From assembly GCA_003731675.1 (NCBI GenBank), contig RCNQ01000060.1, positions 1 through 36,435 on the forward strand: 36,435 nucleotides of DNA, written 5' to 3'. This DNA is from Bacteroidetes/Chlorobi group bacterium ChocPot_Mid. Its GTDB lineage: Bacteria > Bacteroidota > Ignavibacteria > Kapaibacteriales > UBA2268. Of this stretch, positions 25,780 through 34,059 are shown in pieces (positions within the stretch are counted from its first letter, which is position 1; every line of letters starts with the position of its first letter). The notes below the pieces were generated by a model that saw only the letters and a list, made by a program, of their open reading frames with translations, had not been told where the DNA came from and made no database searches. The position numbers and the translations under genes were made by a program.

Positions 25780-26907
25780 TTATCTCAGCATATATAGTTT
25801 ACCGTCATCACATCCGAAATAAATTTTTCTTTCGAAAATCACACAGCCACCAGTGATGGGTCCGCCTGTTTTATAATCGAAATATAATTTTCCAGTTCGT
25901 TTGTCGAGTGCGTAAATTTTATTGCCAAGGTCTCCGAAATACAGGACGGAATCGCAAATAATTGGTGATGAATAAGTCTCTGCATCTGTTTTATATGTCC
26001 ATTTCATTGTTCCGGTTTTCTTTTCAATTGCATAAAATAAATTACCGAAACCACCAACATATACCATGTTTTTATCAATTGCAGGAGAAGAGAACACAGA
26101 GCTTTCTGTAGCACATTCCCATCTTAATGCTCCTGTTTTTGAATTCAGAGCATATACATTTTTTCCCCAAGCACCAAAAAAAACTGTTGAATCATCGAGA
26201 GCAGGAGTTGAAGAGACACCTTCTTTTACCTGATATTTCCATAATTCACTGCCGTCTTTAATTTTCAGAGCATGCATATAACCAAAAGTATCACCAATGG
26301 AACCTATGTACAGTAGAGAATCTTTTAAAGCTGGACTTGAGCGGACTTCAGCTCCAATTTTCACTTTCCACACTTCAGTACCTTTAAGTGCATCCAAAGC
26401 ATAACAGAAACCATCGTTGCCTCCGAAGTAGAGCTTTCCTTTGAACTCCAGCGGAGAAGACCAGATGTAATTATTAGTTTTATATTTCCATCTCAATGAA
26501 CCATCGGTTCTGTTCAGGCAATACATATATTCATCATCGGAGCCGAAAAATATCAAACTGTCATTTAAAAATGGATTACTTGATATGTCCGAACCAACTT
26601 TATATGACCATAGAACTTTATGATTTTTCAAACTTATTGCATAAAGATTATTCGTATTGCCGCCAATGTATAAAATTGAATCATAAATTACAGGAGATGT
26701 TTTTATTGGTTCAATTGTTTTTAGAATGATGCTGTCTTTATTGATTTTTGTAATAGCTTTATCGTCGAAAATTCCCTGTCTTTGTATTCCGTTACGAAAC
26801 ATTGGTACAGTTTTAATTATTTTTACAGGTGGAGCATCACCGCAACCCATAACAAGCATCAAGGCAAATAAAGTCAATGCTTTTATGATTATTATATTAT
26901 TTCTCAT
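25780..26907 (-). CDS. PQQ-like beta-propeller repeat lipoprotein (BamB-like fold)
   Basis: Lipoprotein signal ALMLVMGC. Reiterated blades follow the pattern LYFGGNDGFCYALDALKGTEVWK / VFFGAWGKNVYALNSKTGALRWE / VYVGGFGNLFYAIEKKTGTMKWTY. Confidence 0.8.
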   Translation of the reverse strand: MRNNIIIIKALTLFALMLVMGCGDAPPVKIIKTVPMFRNGIQRQGIFDDKAITKINKDSIILKTIEPIKTSPVIYDSILYIGGNTNNLYAISLKNHKVLWSYKVGSDISSNPFLNDSLIFFGSDDEYMYCLNRTDGSLRWKYKTNNYIWSSPLEFKGKLYFGGNDGFCYALDALKGTEVWKVKIGAEVRSSPALKDSLLYIGSIGDTFGYMHALKIKDGSELWKYQVKEGVSSTPALDDSTVFFGAWGKNVYALNSKTGALRWECATESSVFSSPAIDKNMVYVGGFGNLFYAIEKKTGTMKWTYKTDAETYSSPIICDSVLYFGDLGNKIYALDKRTGKLYFDYKTGGPITGGCVIFERKIYFGCDDGKLYMLR

Positions 26908-27319
26908 AATTTAATTACTTTATTATGAAACATACCTAAAGTTCAAATATAAGAAAATTTATTGAAATGGAAGAAGTCTGAAGCAATGATTAATCTGATT
27001 GAATGAAAACATTGATTACCGTTCAATTATTGTACTAAGTTGTAAATAGTAGGTAAAAATGAGCATTTTGTAACTATTTTTATTCATGTGATTTAAAAAC
27101 TTCCATAAAATATTTGTACCAATTGTACCGAGTTTTTGCAATTTTCATTTTCCTAGGTCAGTTATCTGTTTTCTGTTAATTCATACAACATTAAATTATA
27201 TTGCAAAGAACATGCTGAACAAAATTAAGGGATGGGAATGAAACGTAATTTATTTTATTTTGAAATGGTTTTTATTTTGTTTTCGGTGAGAACGTGAAAA
27301 AGCGAAACGTGAAACGAAA

Positions 27320-27368
27320 GACAGAAGTCAGGAGACAGAAGTCAGGAGACAGAAGTCAGGAGACAGAA
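27320..27368. repeat. 14-bp tandem repeat GACAGAAGTCAGGA, 3.5 copies, inside a ~90-nt purine-rich tract (27293-27385)
   Basis: Copies at 27320-27333, 27334-27347 and 27348-27361, plus a partial copy at 27362-27368. Reiterated GAAACG lies upstream (27303-27316) and reiterated ATAGAA(A/G)A downstream. Confidence 0.9.
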
Positions 27369-27501
27369 AATAGAAGATAGAAAATTTAGAATTCAAGTCA
27401 AATTTTCCATCTTTCAAAATATTGAAAATATTATTTGGAAATGTGAGAAATATTTCGTAAATAGAAAAAATATTTATTAACAAAATTTATTAATAATTTT
27501 T

Positions 27502-27508
27502 AAGGAGG
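27502..27508 (+). promoter_or_regulatory. Strong Shine-Dalgarno site (AAGGAGG) for the 27514 CDS
   Basis: taAGGAGGatgttATG, with a 5-nt spacer. Confidence 0.75.
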
Positions 27509-27513
27509 ATGTT

Positions 27514-28128
27514 ATGATATTTCCCGGTGGCTGGAACGATTTGGTAGTGCAAGAACCAAAGCGAATAAAACCAATCATCTCAGTTGCACAAATCCACGAT
27601 GGCTCTGCTTATTACAATGGTGAAGTTGTTCTTAGTTCAGAATATTTTTTACCTTCAGGTGGCAGTTGGACAAGTAACCCCTTTGTCTTAACAGACGAAC
27701 CAAAAGTTGTTGCCGTTAACAGTGGTATATTCTTTAATGAAGGTTTTAGGGCAATGGCTATGAATCAACAAACCAAAATGTCGAATATAAGCGATGCACC
27801 ACCACCTATGAGCAATTTACTTTTTTTATATGGTAATAAAAATGGTGATTTGAAATATAGAATTGAAATCTATATAAACTTTGGTTTAAGCGAATTTCCT
27901 TATGTGGAATTGTCGGTAATGGAGAATGCTGCAGGTACAGGTGGAGCAAATGGTGTTGTCGAAGTATTTCGTTTTGAAAAATCGAATTTTACCGGATTAC
28001 ACACATTGCATCTGTTTTTCGACAATTATTTTGGTCATGTAAATCTAGGATTAAGAGCAGAAGATTCACTTTCTAATTCATCAATATTTGAGATGAAATG
28101 CGTCATATTGGATGCTGAAACTATCTAA
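27514..28128 (+). CDS. Hypothetical protein, 204 aa, no recognisable family, no signal peptide
   Basis: Long ORF with a near-perfect SD. The stop codon overlaps the SD of the next gene. The composition looks mostly beta-strand-like. One Cys. Confidence 0.75.
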   Translation: MIFPGGWNDLVVQEPKRIKPIISVAQIHDGSAYYNGEVVLSSEYFLPSGGSWTSNPFVLTDEPKVVAVNSGIFFNEGFRAMAMNQQTKMSNISDAPPPMSNLLFLYGNKNGDLKYRIEIYINFGLSEFPYVELSVMENAAGTGGANGVVEVFRFEKSNFTGLHTLHLFFDNYFGHVNLGLRAEDSLSNSSIFEMKCVILDAETI

Positions 28129-28139
28129 AGGAGAACTCC

Positions 28140-28892
28140 ATGAACACTTATTACAATAGTTCTCCGAGTATTGATATGATTTTGCCAAAACCAAAATCAG
28201 CAACATCTTCAAAACCGGGATGTGTTAATTGCGGTTTGGATATAATTTCACCGGGTATAACAAAAACCGATATCTTGAATTCACCAAGTTACCAGTTAAT
28301 AATGGGTGATCAATTGATGAGTACTCTACATCCCAATAAACCACCATGGTATAATCTTGAGCTTTGGATTTCTGAATTATTTTGGAGTGATGATGCTTCA
28401 AAATGGAAATGCTTAAAATTCGACAAAGAAAGAAAAAGATGGTATTATGATAATAGATATGAATTAGATGCTAGGCCAGTAGTAGTAAAATATCAAGTAT
28501 CTGAATTAGACGGTATGAAAATTTCTTCAGGTTCATTGATTATACAAAATATGACAAAAGTTCAATCTGATACCGAACACGGTCTAGACGCGACTAGGAA
28601 ATTTCCTATTAGAGTACCAACAGATAGAAGAGTTAAAATTGATATTTGGATTATTCTTCCATGTGGTGTTTGTTGTAATATTGATATAGAACATTCACAA
28701 CCTGGTAAAAAAAGAACAATTCATAGAGAATTTACTTTTAATTATGATGATTATGTCATTGAAGAAGAAAGAAAAAAATTTGGAATTTGGGTAATTGAAA
28801 GATCAGTTGTTCATGATTATGATGATATGGGTTGTATTGATGATCATAATTGTCCAATGCCAGAAACAAAGATTCCAGATCCGATTGAATAA
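28140..28892 (+). CDS. Hypothetical protein, 250 aa, Trp- and Cys-rich, no recognisable family, no signal peptide
   Basis: An SD (AAGGAG, 28128-28133) overlaps the upstream TAA, with a 6-nt spacer. Eight Cys, including CVNC (28/31), CGVCC (175/178/179) and C-x5-C (232/238). Seven Trp. Confidence 0.75.
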   Translation: MNTYYNSSPSIDMILPKPKSATSSKPGCVNCGLDIISPGITKTDILNSPSYQLIMGDQLMSTLHPNKPPWYNLELWISELFWSDDASKWKCLKFDKERKRWYYDNRYELDARPVVVKYQVSELDGMKISSGSLIIQNMTKVQSDTEHGLDATRKFPIRVPTDRRVKIDIWIILPCGVCCNIDIEHSQPGKKRTIHREFTFNYDDYVIEEERKKFGIWVIERSVVHDYDDMGCIDDHNCPMPETKIPDPIE

Positions 28893-28922
28893 TGTGTAAT
28901 ATTGAATTATTTTCCGAATGCT

Positions 28923-30074
28923 ATGAAAAGAATTTCATTAGTAATATTATTATTTGTTTATTATAATTTATATTCACAAATAACGTTCGAATCTGAATCA
29001 GACAAAAATTGCTATTACAATTTTCTTAATAATGATATTAAAATCGAAGAAGGATTAATTAAAAATGAGAAAGAAATTTCTACAAATTCTGATACTTTGG
29101 AATTTGAAATACTTGATTCATTTGATTTGCATCGAGATCATTTGCATGATTTAACTTATGGTGATGGATTTTTATGGATTATAAGAAGTAATGAATCTGA
29201 ATATGATACAATATTTAAAATTAATCCTGTTAATGGAGAGATTGTTAATTTGTATCAAATACCCCTTCCTTTGTCTTACTGGTCGCAAGGTTTAGCATGG
29301 GATAGTACGTCTTCAGGTGGTCCATACTTTTGGTTTACAACTGATAATCCAAAAAATGAAATATATCAAATGAAAGTTTCTGATTTTGAAATAATTAAGA
29401 GATTTAAATCACCAGAAATTTATTCATATGGCATAGATTTCCTAGATAGTTGTGTCTGGATTACAGTAAGTGGAAATAATGCTAAGCTATTTAAATTTAA
29501 TATAATTACAGAAATCTTTGATACTATTATTAATTTAATAGAGAACTCTAATAGGTTTTGTTTTAGTAGTAAAAAATCGTTAATTTGGGTACATCAACAT
29601 AATTTTCCCTTCAATATGAATTTAGTGTTTCTATTGGATATAAAAACAGGGTTATCTTTAAAATGTTACAGAACACCACTAATAAATTTTGCCGGAATAA
29701 CGATTGATAAGAATTCTTTAAATGGACCATTTCTATGGTTTTCAGATTTTAGAACTGGCATGATTTATAAAGTTAAAGAACCTATTATCAATAGTATTGA
29801 CACAAATATTATTCAAAGAAACAATATTACTATTATTACAAACCCATTTGAAGACGAAGCAACACTTAAAATAGAAATCCAAAATAGTTCATTAGTCAAG
29901 TTAGATGTTTTCGATTTACTTGGCAAAAAAATTATTAATTTAGTTGATGAATATCTCAAATCTGGAACTTATGAATTCACTTTCGACGGCTCTTCTTTAG
30001 CCAGCGGTGCATATTTCTTAGTCCTGCAGGCAGACGGAAAAGTGGAAACAGGTAAGTTGGTTTTGATTAAGTGA
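28923..30074 (+). CDS. T9SS-secreted protein with a beta-propeller-like repeat region (possibly glutaminyl-cyclase-like fold) and a C-terminal sorting domain
   Basis: Signal peptide MKRISLVILLFVYYNLYSQ from the ATG at 28923 (the ORF opens at a TTG at 28902). Repeated blade-like motifs: HDLTYGDGFLWII, SQGLAWDS..YFWFT, SYGIDFLDSCVWIT, FAGITIDKNSLNGPFLWFS. The C-terminus (nt ~29826-30071) reads ITNPFEDEATLKIE...GAYFLVLQADGKVETGKLVLIK, a T9SS CTD. Confidence 0.7.
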   Translation: MKRISLVILLFVYYNLYSQITFESESDKNCYYNFLNNDIKIEEGLIKNEKEISTNSDTLEFEILDSFDLHRDHLHDLTYGDGFLWIIRSNESEYDTIFKINPVNGEIVNLYQIPLPLSYWSQGLAWDSTSSGGPYFWFTTDNPKNEIYQMKVSDFEIIKRFKSPEIYSYGIDFLDSCVWITVSGNNAKLFKFNIITEIFDTIINLIENSNRFCFSSKKSLIWVHQHNFPFNMNLVFLLDIKTGLSLKCYRTPLINFAGITIDKNSLNGPFLWFSDFRTGMIYKVKEPIINSIDTNIIQRNNITIITNPFEDEATLKIEIQNSSLVKLDVFDLLGKKIINLVDEYLKSGTYEFTFDGSSLASGAYFLVLQADGKVETGKLVLIK

Positions 30075-30094
30075 TACTTGGAATTTCTATGATA

Positions 30095-32347
30095 TCACAC
30101 CTTCTCCAGCTTTGCAAACTGAAGCATGAGGACTTTTTTGCCTACTGAGTTGAACTGCACTACTGCTTTGGCATTATTGCCCTCGCCTGCCATAGCAAGA
30201 ATTTTGCCTTTTCCGAATTTGGAGTGCAGTACCATGTCGCCTGTCTTAAAATTGAATTCATCAGATGGAACAGTATTATCATTTGTTTGTTTTCCTGAAG
30301 GAAATACAATTTGTTTTTTCTTTTCGGAATTCAAAAAATTATTCAGGATATCTGGTTTCGGTTCATTCCTTTTTGTTAAAGCTGAAAGACTTTGCAGATA
30401 TTTTCTGTCAATTTCGTTAATAAAATGTGAGGGTGCATTTTCAATGTAGCTACCGAATCGCATTCTTCGTTGTGCATAGGTTAAAAATAACTTTTGTTCG
30501 GCTCTTGTAATTCCAACATAAAACAATCTTCTTTCTTCTTCCTCTTCATCTTTGTTCATATCGGTTCTGCGGAGAGGGAAAAGACCTTCTTCAAGCCCTG
30601 CTATGATAACAACAGGGAACTCCAATCCTTTTGCAGAATGCAAGGTCATCAGCTTAACCTGATTTTGCGATAAATCTTTTTCGTCAATGTCTGTCATTAA
30701 TGTCATTTGTTGTAGATAATCGTCCAATGTAGCATCAGGTTCGCGTTTGAGGAACATGGATATATCTGATAGGACTTGTTGAATGTTATTCCATCTGTCT
30801 TGTGCTTCGCTTGTTCCCATTTCCTGATACATTTGGAGCAAGCCTGTTTCTTCGATATAATCAATAGCGAGTTGTGCCGGATTAACTGAATTTTTCAGAT
30901 TAATGTATTTTTGAATCATCATAGCAAAATTCATTGCTGAATTAATAGCTCTTGATTGCAGATTGATATTTCGTTCTGATTGATAGAATGCATCGAACAA
31001 AGATATTTTATGAGCTCTTGCATATTCTGTAATGTGTCTGATTGATGTAGAACCTAAACCACGGGGAGGTTCATTGACTACACGTAGCAATGATTCTTCG
31101 TCCAGTTGATTGTAAAGTAATTTCAAGTATGCGAGTGTATCTTTGACTTCTTTACGTTTGTAAAATGATATACCTCCGATTATAATGTAAGGAAGATTGT
31201 GTTTCCTGAAAGCATTTTCAAGAGCGAGTGATTGAGCATTGGTTCTGTACAAAACGGCAAAATCCTTGTTGGAATACTCGCTGTTTTCCTTTGTAAGAGA
31301 TTTGATTTTTTCTACAATATCTTCAGCTTCGAACCTTTCATCTAAACTTGATATGACTTGTATCAATTCACCTTCGGGATTGTCTGTCCAAAGTTTCTTT
31401 TTCATTTGCCGCAAATTGTTTTTTATAACGGAGTCTGCAGCAGCCAGAATTATTTTTGTAGAGCGGTAGTTTTGTTCCAATCTGATGACTGTAGCATCTG
31501 AATAGTCTTTTTGAAAATCGAGAATATTTCTAATATCGGCACCTCTCCAGCCATATATGCTTTGAGCATCATCACCGACTACACAGATATTTTTGTGTTT
31601 TCTTGCGAGCAGATTGATAATAACATATTGAGCGCGGTTAGTGTCCTGATATTCGTCAATCAATAAGTATTTGAATTTGTTTTGATATTTTTCAAGGATA
31701 TCAGGATTTTTTTGGAGTAATCGTATCATATTCAAAAGTAAGTCATCAAAGTCCATAGCATTGGCTTGCTTCAAACGCTTTTCGTATCTTTCAAAGACGA
31801 AACCAGTTTGCTTGTCAATGATATTATCGGCAGTATTTTGGTAAACATCCCAATCAATCATGCGGTTTTTTGCCGAAGAAATCCTGTGTCTGATACCTTG
31901 AGGATTGAATTTTTGGTGGTCAATATTTTCTTCATTCAATATTTTTTTTATTAAGCTTAAAGAGTCATCTGTGTCGTAGATAGAAAAGGAACTTGAATAA
32001 GACAATAGCTCAGCTTCAAATCTTAGGATTTTTGCAAAGACTGAATGAAAAGTTCCAGCCCAAATTTTTTTGGCAGAATCTTCGGAGACTATTTTAGCAA
32101 TTCTGCCTTGCATTTCTCTTGCTGCTTTGTTGGTAAAAGTCAAAGCCAAAATGTTATATGGAGCAACACCATTTTCAATAAGATGTGCAACACGATGAGT
32201 AAGGACTCTGGTTTTACCGCTACCTGCACCTGCAATTACAAGGAGAGGACCTTGTATGTGTTGAACGGCTTTTACTTGTTCAGGGTTTAGTCCCTTAAAT
32301 ATATCTGAAGGATTACTATCTGTATTTTTTACGAGTTTTAATGCCAA
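30095..32347 (-). CDS. pcrA: ATP-dependent DNA helicase PcrA/UvrD (SF1A)
   Basis: LNPEQVKAVQHIQGPLLVIAGAGSGKTRVLTHRVAHLI (motifs Q/I), LLIDEYQDTN (motif II), VVGDDAQSIYGWRGA (III), TLHSAKGLEFPVV, YVGITRA (VI), and a C-terminal Tudor-like FKTGDMVLHSKFGKGKI domain. Confidence 0.92.
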   Translation of the reverse strand: MALKLVKNTDSNPSDIFKGLNPEQVKAVQHIQGPLLVIAGAGSGKTRVLTHRVAHLIENGVAPYNILALTFTNKAAREMQGRIAKIVSEDSAKKIWAGTFHSVFAKILRFEAELLSYSSSFSIYDTDDSLSLIKKILNEENIDHQKFNPQGIRHRISSAKNRMIDWDVYQNTADNIIDKQTGFVFERYEKRLKQANAMDFDDLLLNMIRLLQKNPDILEKYQNKFKYLLIDEYQDTNRAQYVIINLLARKHKNICVVGDDAQSIYGWRGADIRNILDFQKDYSDATVIRLEQNYRSTKIILAAADSVIKNNLRQMKKKLWTDNPEGELIQVISSLDERFEAEDIVEKIKSLTKENSEYSNKDFAVLYRTNAQSLALENAFRKHNLPYIIIGGISFYKRKEVKDTLAYLKLLYNQLDEESLLRVVNEPPRGLGSTSIRHITEYARAHKISLFDAFYQSERNINLQSRAINSAMNFAMMIQKYINLKNSVNPAQLAIDYIEETGLLQMYQEMGTSEAQDRWNNIQQVLSDISMFLKREPDATLDDYLQQMTLMTDIDEKDLSQNQVKLMTLHSAKGLEFPVVIIAGLEEGLFPLRRTDMNKDEEEEERRLFYVGITRAEQKLFLTYAQRRMRFGSYIENAPSHFINEIDRKYLQSLSALTKRNEPKPDILNNFLNSEKKKQIVFPSGKQTNDNTVPSDEFNFKTGDMVLHSKFGKGKILAMAGEGNNAKAVVQFNSVGKKVLMLQFAKLEKV

Positions 32348-32588
32348 TTTTAAATTTCCATATAATTAAATTATACAATTTAAAAACAAACAATGAATAA
32401 AAAGAAAGATTGAATAACTTGTGAAAAAATTATAAAATAATCAGAAAAAAAATTATTGAAGATAAAAGCTGTGAAAAAAGGTACAAAATTACAACTTTAC
32501 TGATATTTTCTGTACTGCAAATACAATATATTTGCTAATTTTATAATCTTTAAAATTACAGAATTACAAAAAGTATAAGGTGAAAAAA

Positions 32589-34013
32589 ATGTACAATCTG
32601 GATACTATTATATCATTGGCAAAAAGGAGGGGACTGGTTTTTCAATCTTCAGAGATTTATGGTGGTTTGAATGGATGCTGGGACTTTGGTCCTTTGGGTG
32701 TAGAACTATTGAAGAACATCAAGGAAGAATGGTGGAAAGCTATGACTTACAGAGAGGATATAGAAGGTATAGATGCCTCGATTTTAATGCATCCACGCAC
32801 ATGGGAGGCAAGCGGGCATATCAGCCAGTTCACCGACCCGATGATTGATAATAAGCAAAGTAAACTCAGATATAGAGCGGATAATTTGATTGAAGAATTC
32901 ATTGATAAACTTCGTAAGAAGAAAAAAAATGACAAAGCAGATGAGCTGGAAAAAAAGCTGGCTTCGGCAAAAGAGCCTGAGGATTATTATAACTTAATTG
33001 TTGAATATGAAATCTCCGACCCGGTATCAGGGAGTAAAGAATGGACTGAAGTAAGACACTTCAATCTAATGTTCAAGACTTTCATTGGTCCTGTTGAGGA
33101 TTCATCTGCGGTGGTTTATTTGCGACCTGAATCAGCTCAGGGAATTTATCTTAATTTCAAAAATGTAATGGATACAGCACGGCAAAAAGTGCCTTTTGGT
33201 ATTGCTCAGATTGGTAAAGCTTTCAGGAATGAAATAAATACTAAGAATTTTTTGTTCCGCACACGAGAGTTTGAGCAAATGGAAATGCAATACTTTGTAA
33301 AGCCCGGAACAGAGATGCAATGGTACGATTACTGGAAGCAACAGCGTTGGGATTGGTATATTAAAATGGGAATAAATCCTTCATCATTGAAGTTTAAAGC
33401 TCACGAAAAATTAGCTCACTATGCCAACAGAGCTGACGATATAGAATATTTTTTTCCATTTGGCTGGGGTGAAATTGAAGGAATTCATTCGAGAACTGAT
33501 TACGATTTGAGTCGTCATCAGGAATTTTCCGGTAAGAAGCTGGAATATGTGGATACAGTCAATCAGGAACGTTTTACACCTTTTGTAGTTGAGACTTCCG
33601 GGGGAGTTACACGTTCATTTATGGCTTTTTTATGTGATGCTTACAAAGAAGAAGAAGCTCCTGATGCAAATGGTAAAATGGAAATGCGGGCAATTCTGAA
33701 ATTTTCTCATAAACTTGCACCAATCAAAGCCGCTGTATTTCCATTGGTCAACAAAGATGGAATGCCTGAAAAAGCAGAGTTGATATACAAAGATTTGCAA
33801 AAAAGATTTAAGGTTACTTACGATACTTCAGGTGCTATAGGGCGCAGGTACAGACGTCAGGACGAAATAGGCACTCCGTTTTGTATAACAGTTGATGGTC
33901 AAACATTTGAAGATGATACCGTAACAATACGTGACCGTGATTCAATGGTTCAGGAAAGAATTTCTTCATCAAGAGTAACGGAATATATCAATGAGAAGTT
34001 GATAAATTGCTGA
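32589..34013 (+). CDS. glyQS: Glycine--tRNA ligase (homodimeric class II type)
   Basis: RRGLVFQSSEIYGGLNGCWDFGPLGVELLKNIKEEWW, YLRPESAQGIY, FGIAQIGKAFRNEI and FRTREFEQMEMQYF fit GlyQS. An SD (AAGGTGA, 32577-32583) lies 5 nt before the ATG at 32589; the GTG at 32580 sits inside that SD. Confidence 0.92.
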   Translation: MYNLDTIISLAKRRGLVFQSSEIYGGLNGCWDFGPLGVELLKNIKEEWWKAMTYREDIEGIDASILMHPRTWEASGHISQFTDPMIDNKQSKLRYRADNLIEEFIDKLRKKKKNDKADELEKKLASAKEPEDYYNLIVEYEISDPVSGSKEWTEVRHFNLMFKTFIGPVEDSSAVVYLRPESAQGIYLNFKNVMDTARQKVPFGIAQIGKAFRNEINTKNFLFRTREFEQMEMQYFVKPGTEMQWYDYWKQQRWDWYIKMGINPSSLKFKAHEKLAHYANRADDIEYFFPFGWGEIEGIHSRTDYDLSRHQEFSGKKLEYVDTVNQERFTPFVVETSGGVTRSFMAFLCDAYKEEEAPDANGKMEMRAILKFSHKLAPIKAAVFPLVNKDGMPEKAELIYKDLQKRFKVTYDTSGAIGRRYRRQDEIGTPFCITVDGQTFEDDTVTIRDRDSMVQERISSSRVTEYINEKLINC

Positions 34014-34059
34014 GGATAATCAATTTTTGATAATTAAATAATCATTTAAAGTTATTCGT

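Noticed and set aside
27320-27368. Possible CRISPR array, considered for this repeat and for the 8591-8615 repeat
   Set aside because: The units are 14 bp and 7 bp, directly abutting with no spacers. There are no cas genes in the window. These are simple tandem repeats, not CRISPR.
27294-27380. Short, highly basic ORF (GTG start, VKKRNVKRKTEVRRQKSGDRSQETENRR) reading through the tandem repeat
   Set aside because: It has no SD and a non-ATG start. The sequence is just the translation of a purine repeat, and a 14-bp unit would shift frame with any change in copy number.
30071-30098. GTGATA ... TATCAC inverted repeat spanning the two convergent stop codons, as a possible bidirectional terminator
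   Set aside because: It has only a 6-bp stem with a 16-nt loop and no flanking T/A runs, so it is marginal.
30095-32347. UvrD-like helicase next to the unknown operon as a possible defence-system component
   Set aside because: It is convergent with the operon, not co-transcribed. It has the full PcrA/UvrD motif set and the housekeeping-type C-terminal Tudor-like domain, and no nuclease or other effector fusion. It is most simply the chromosomal repair helicase.
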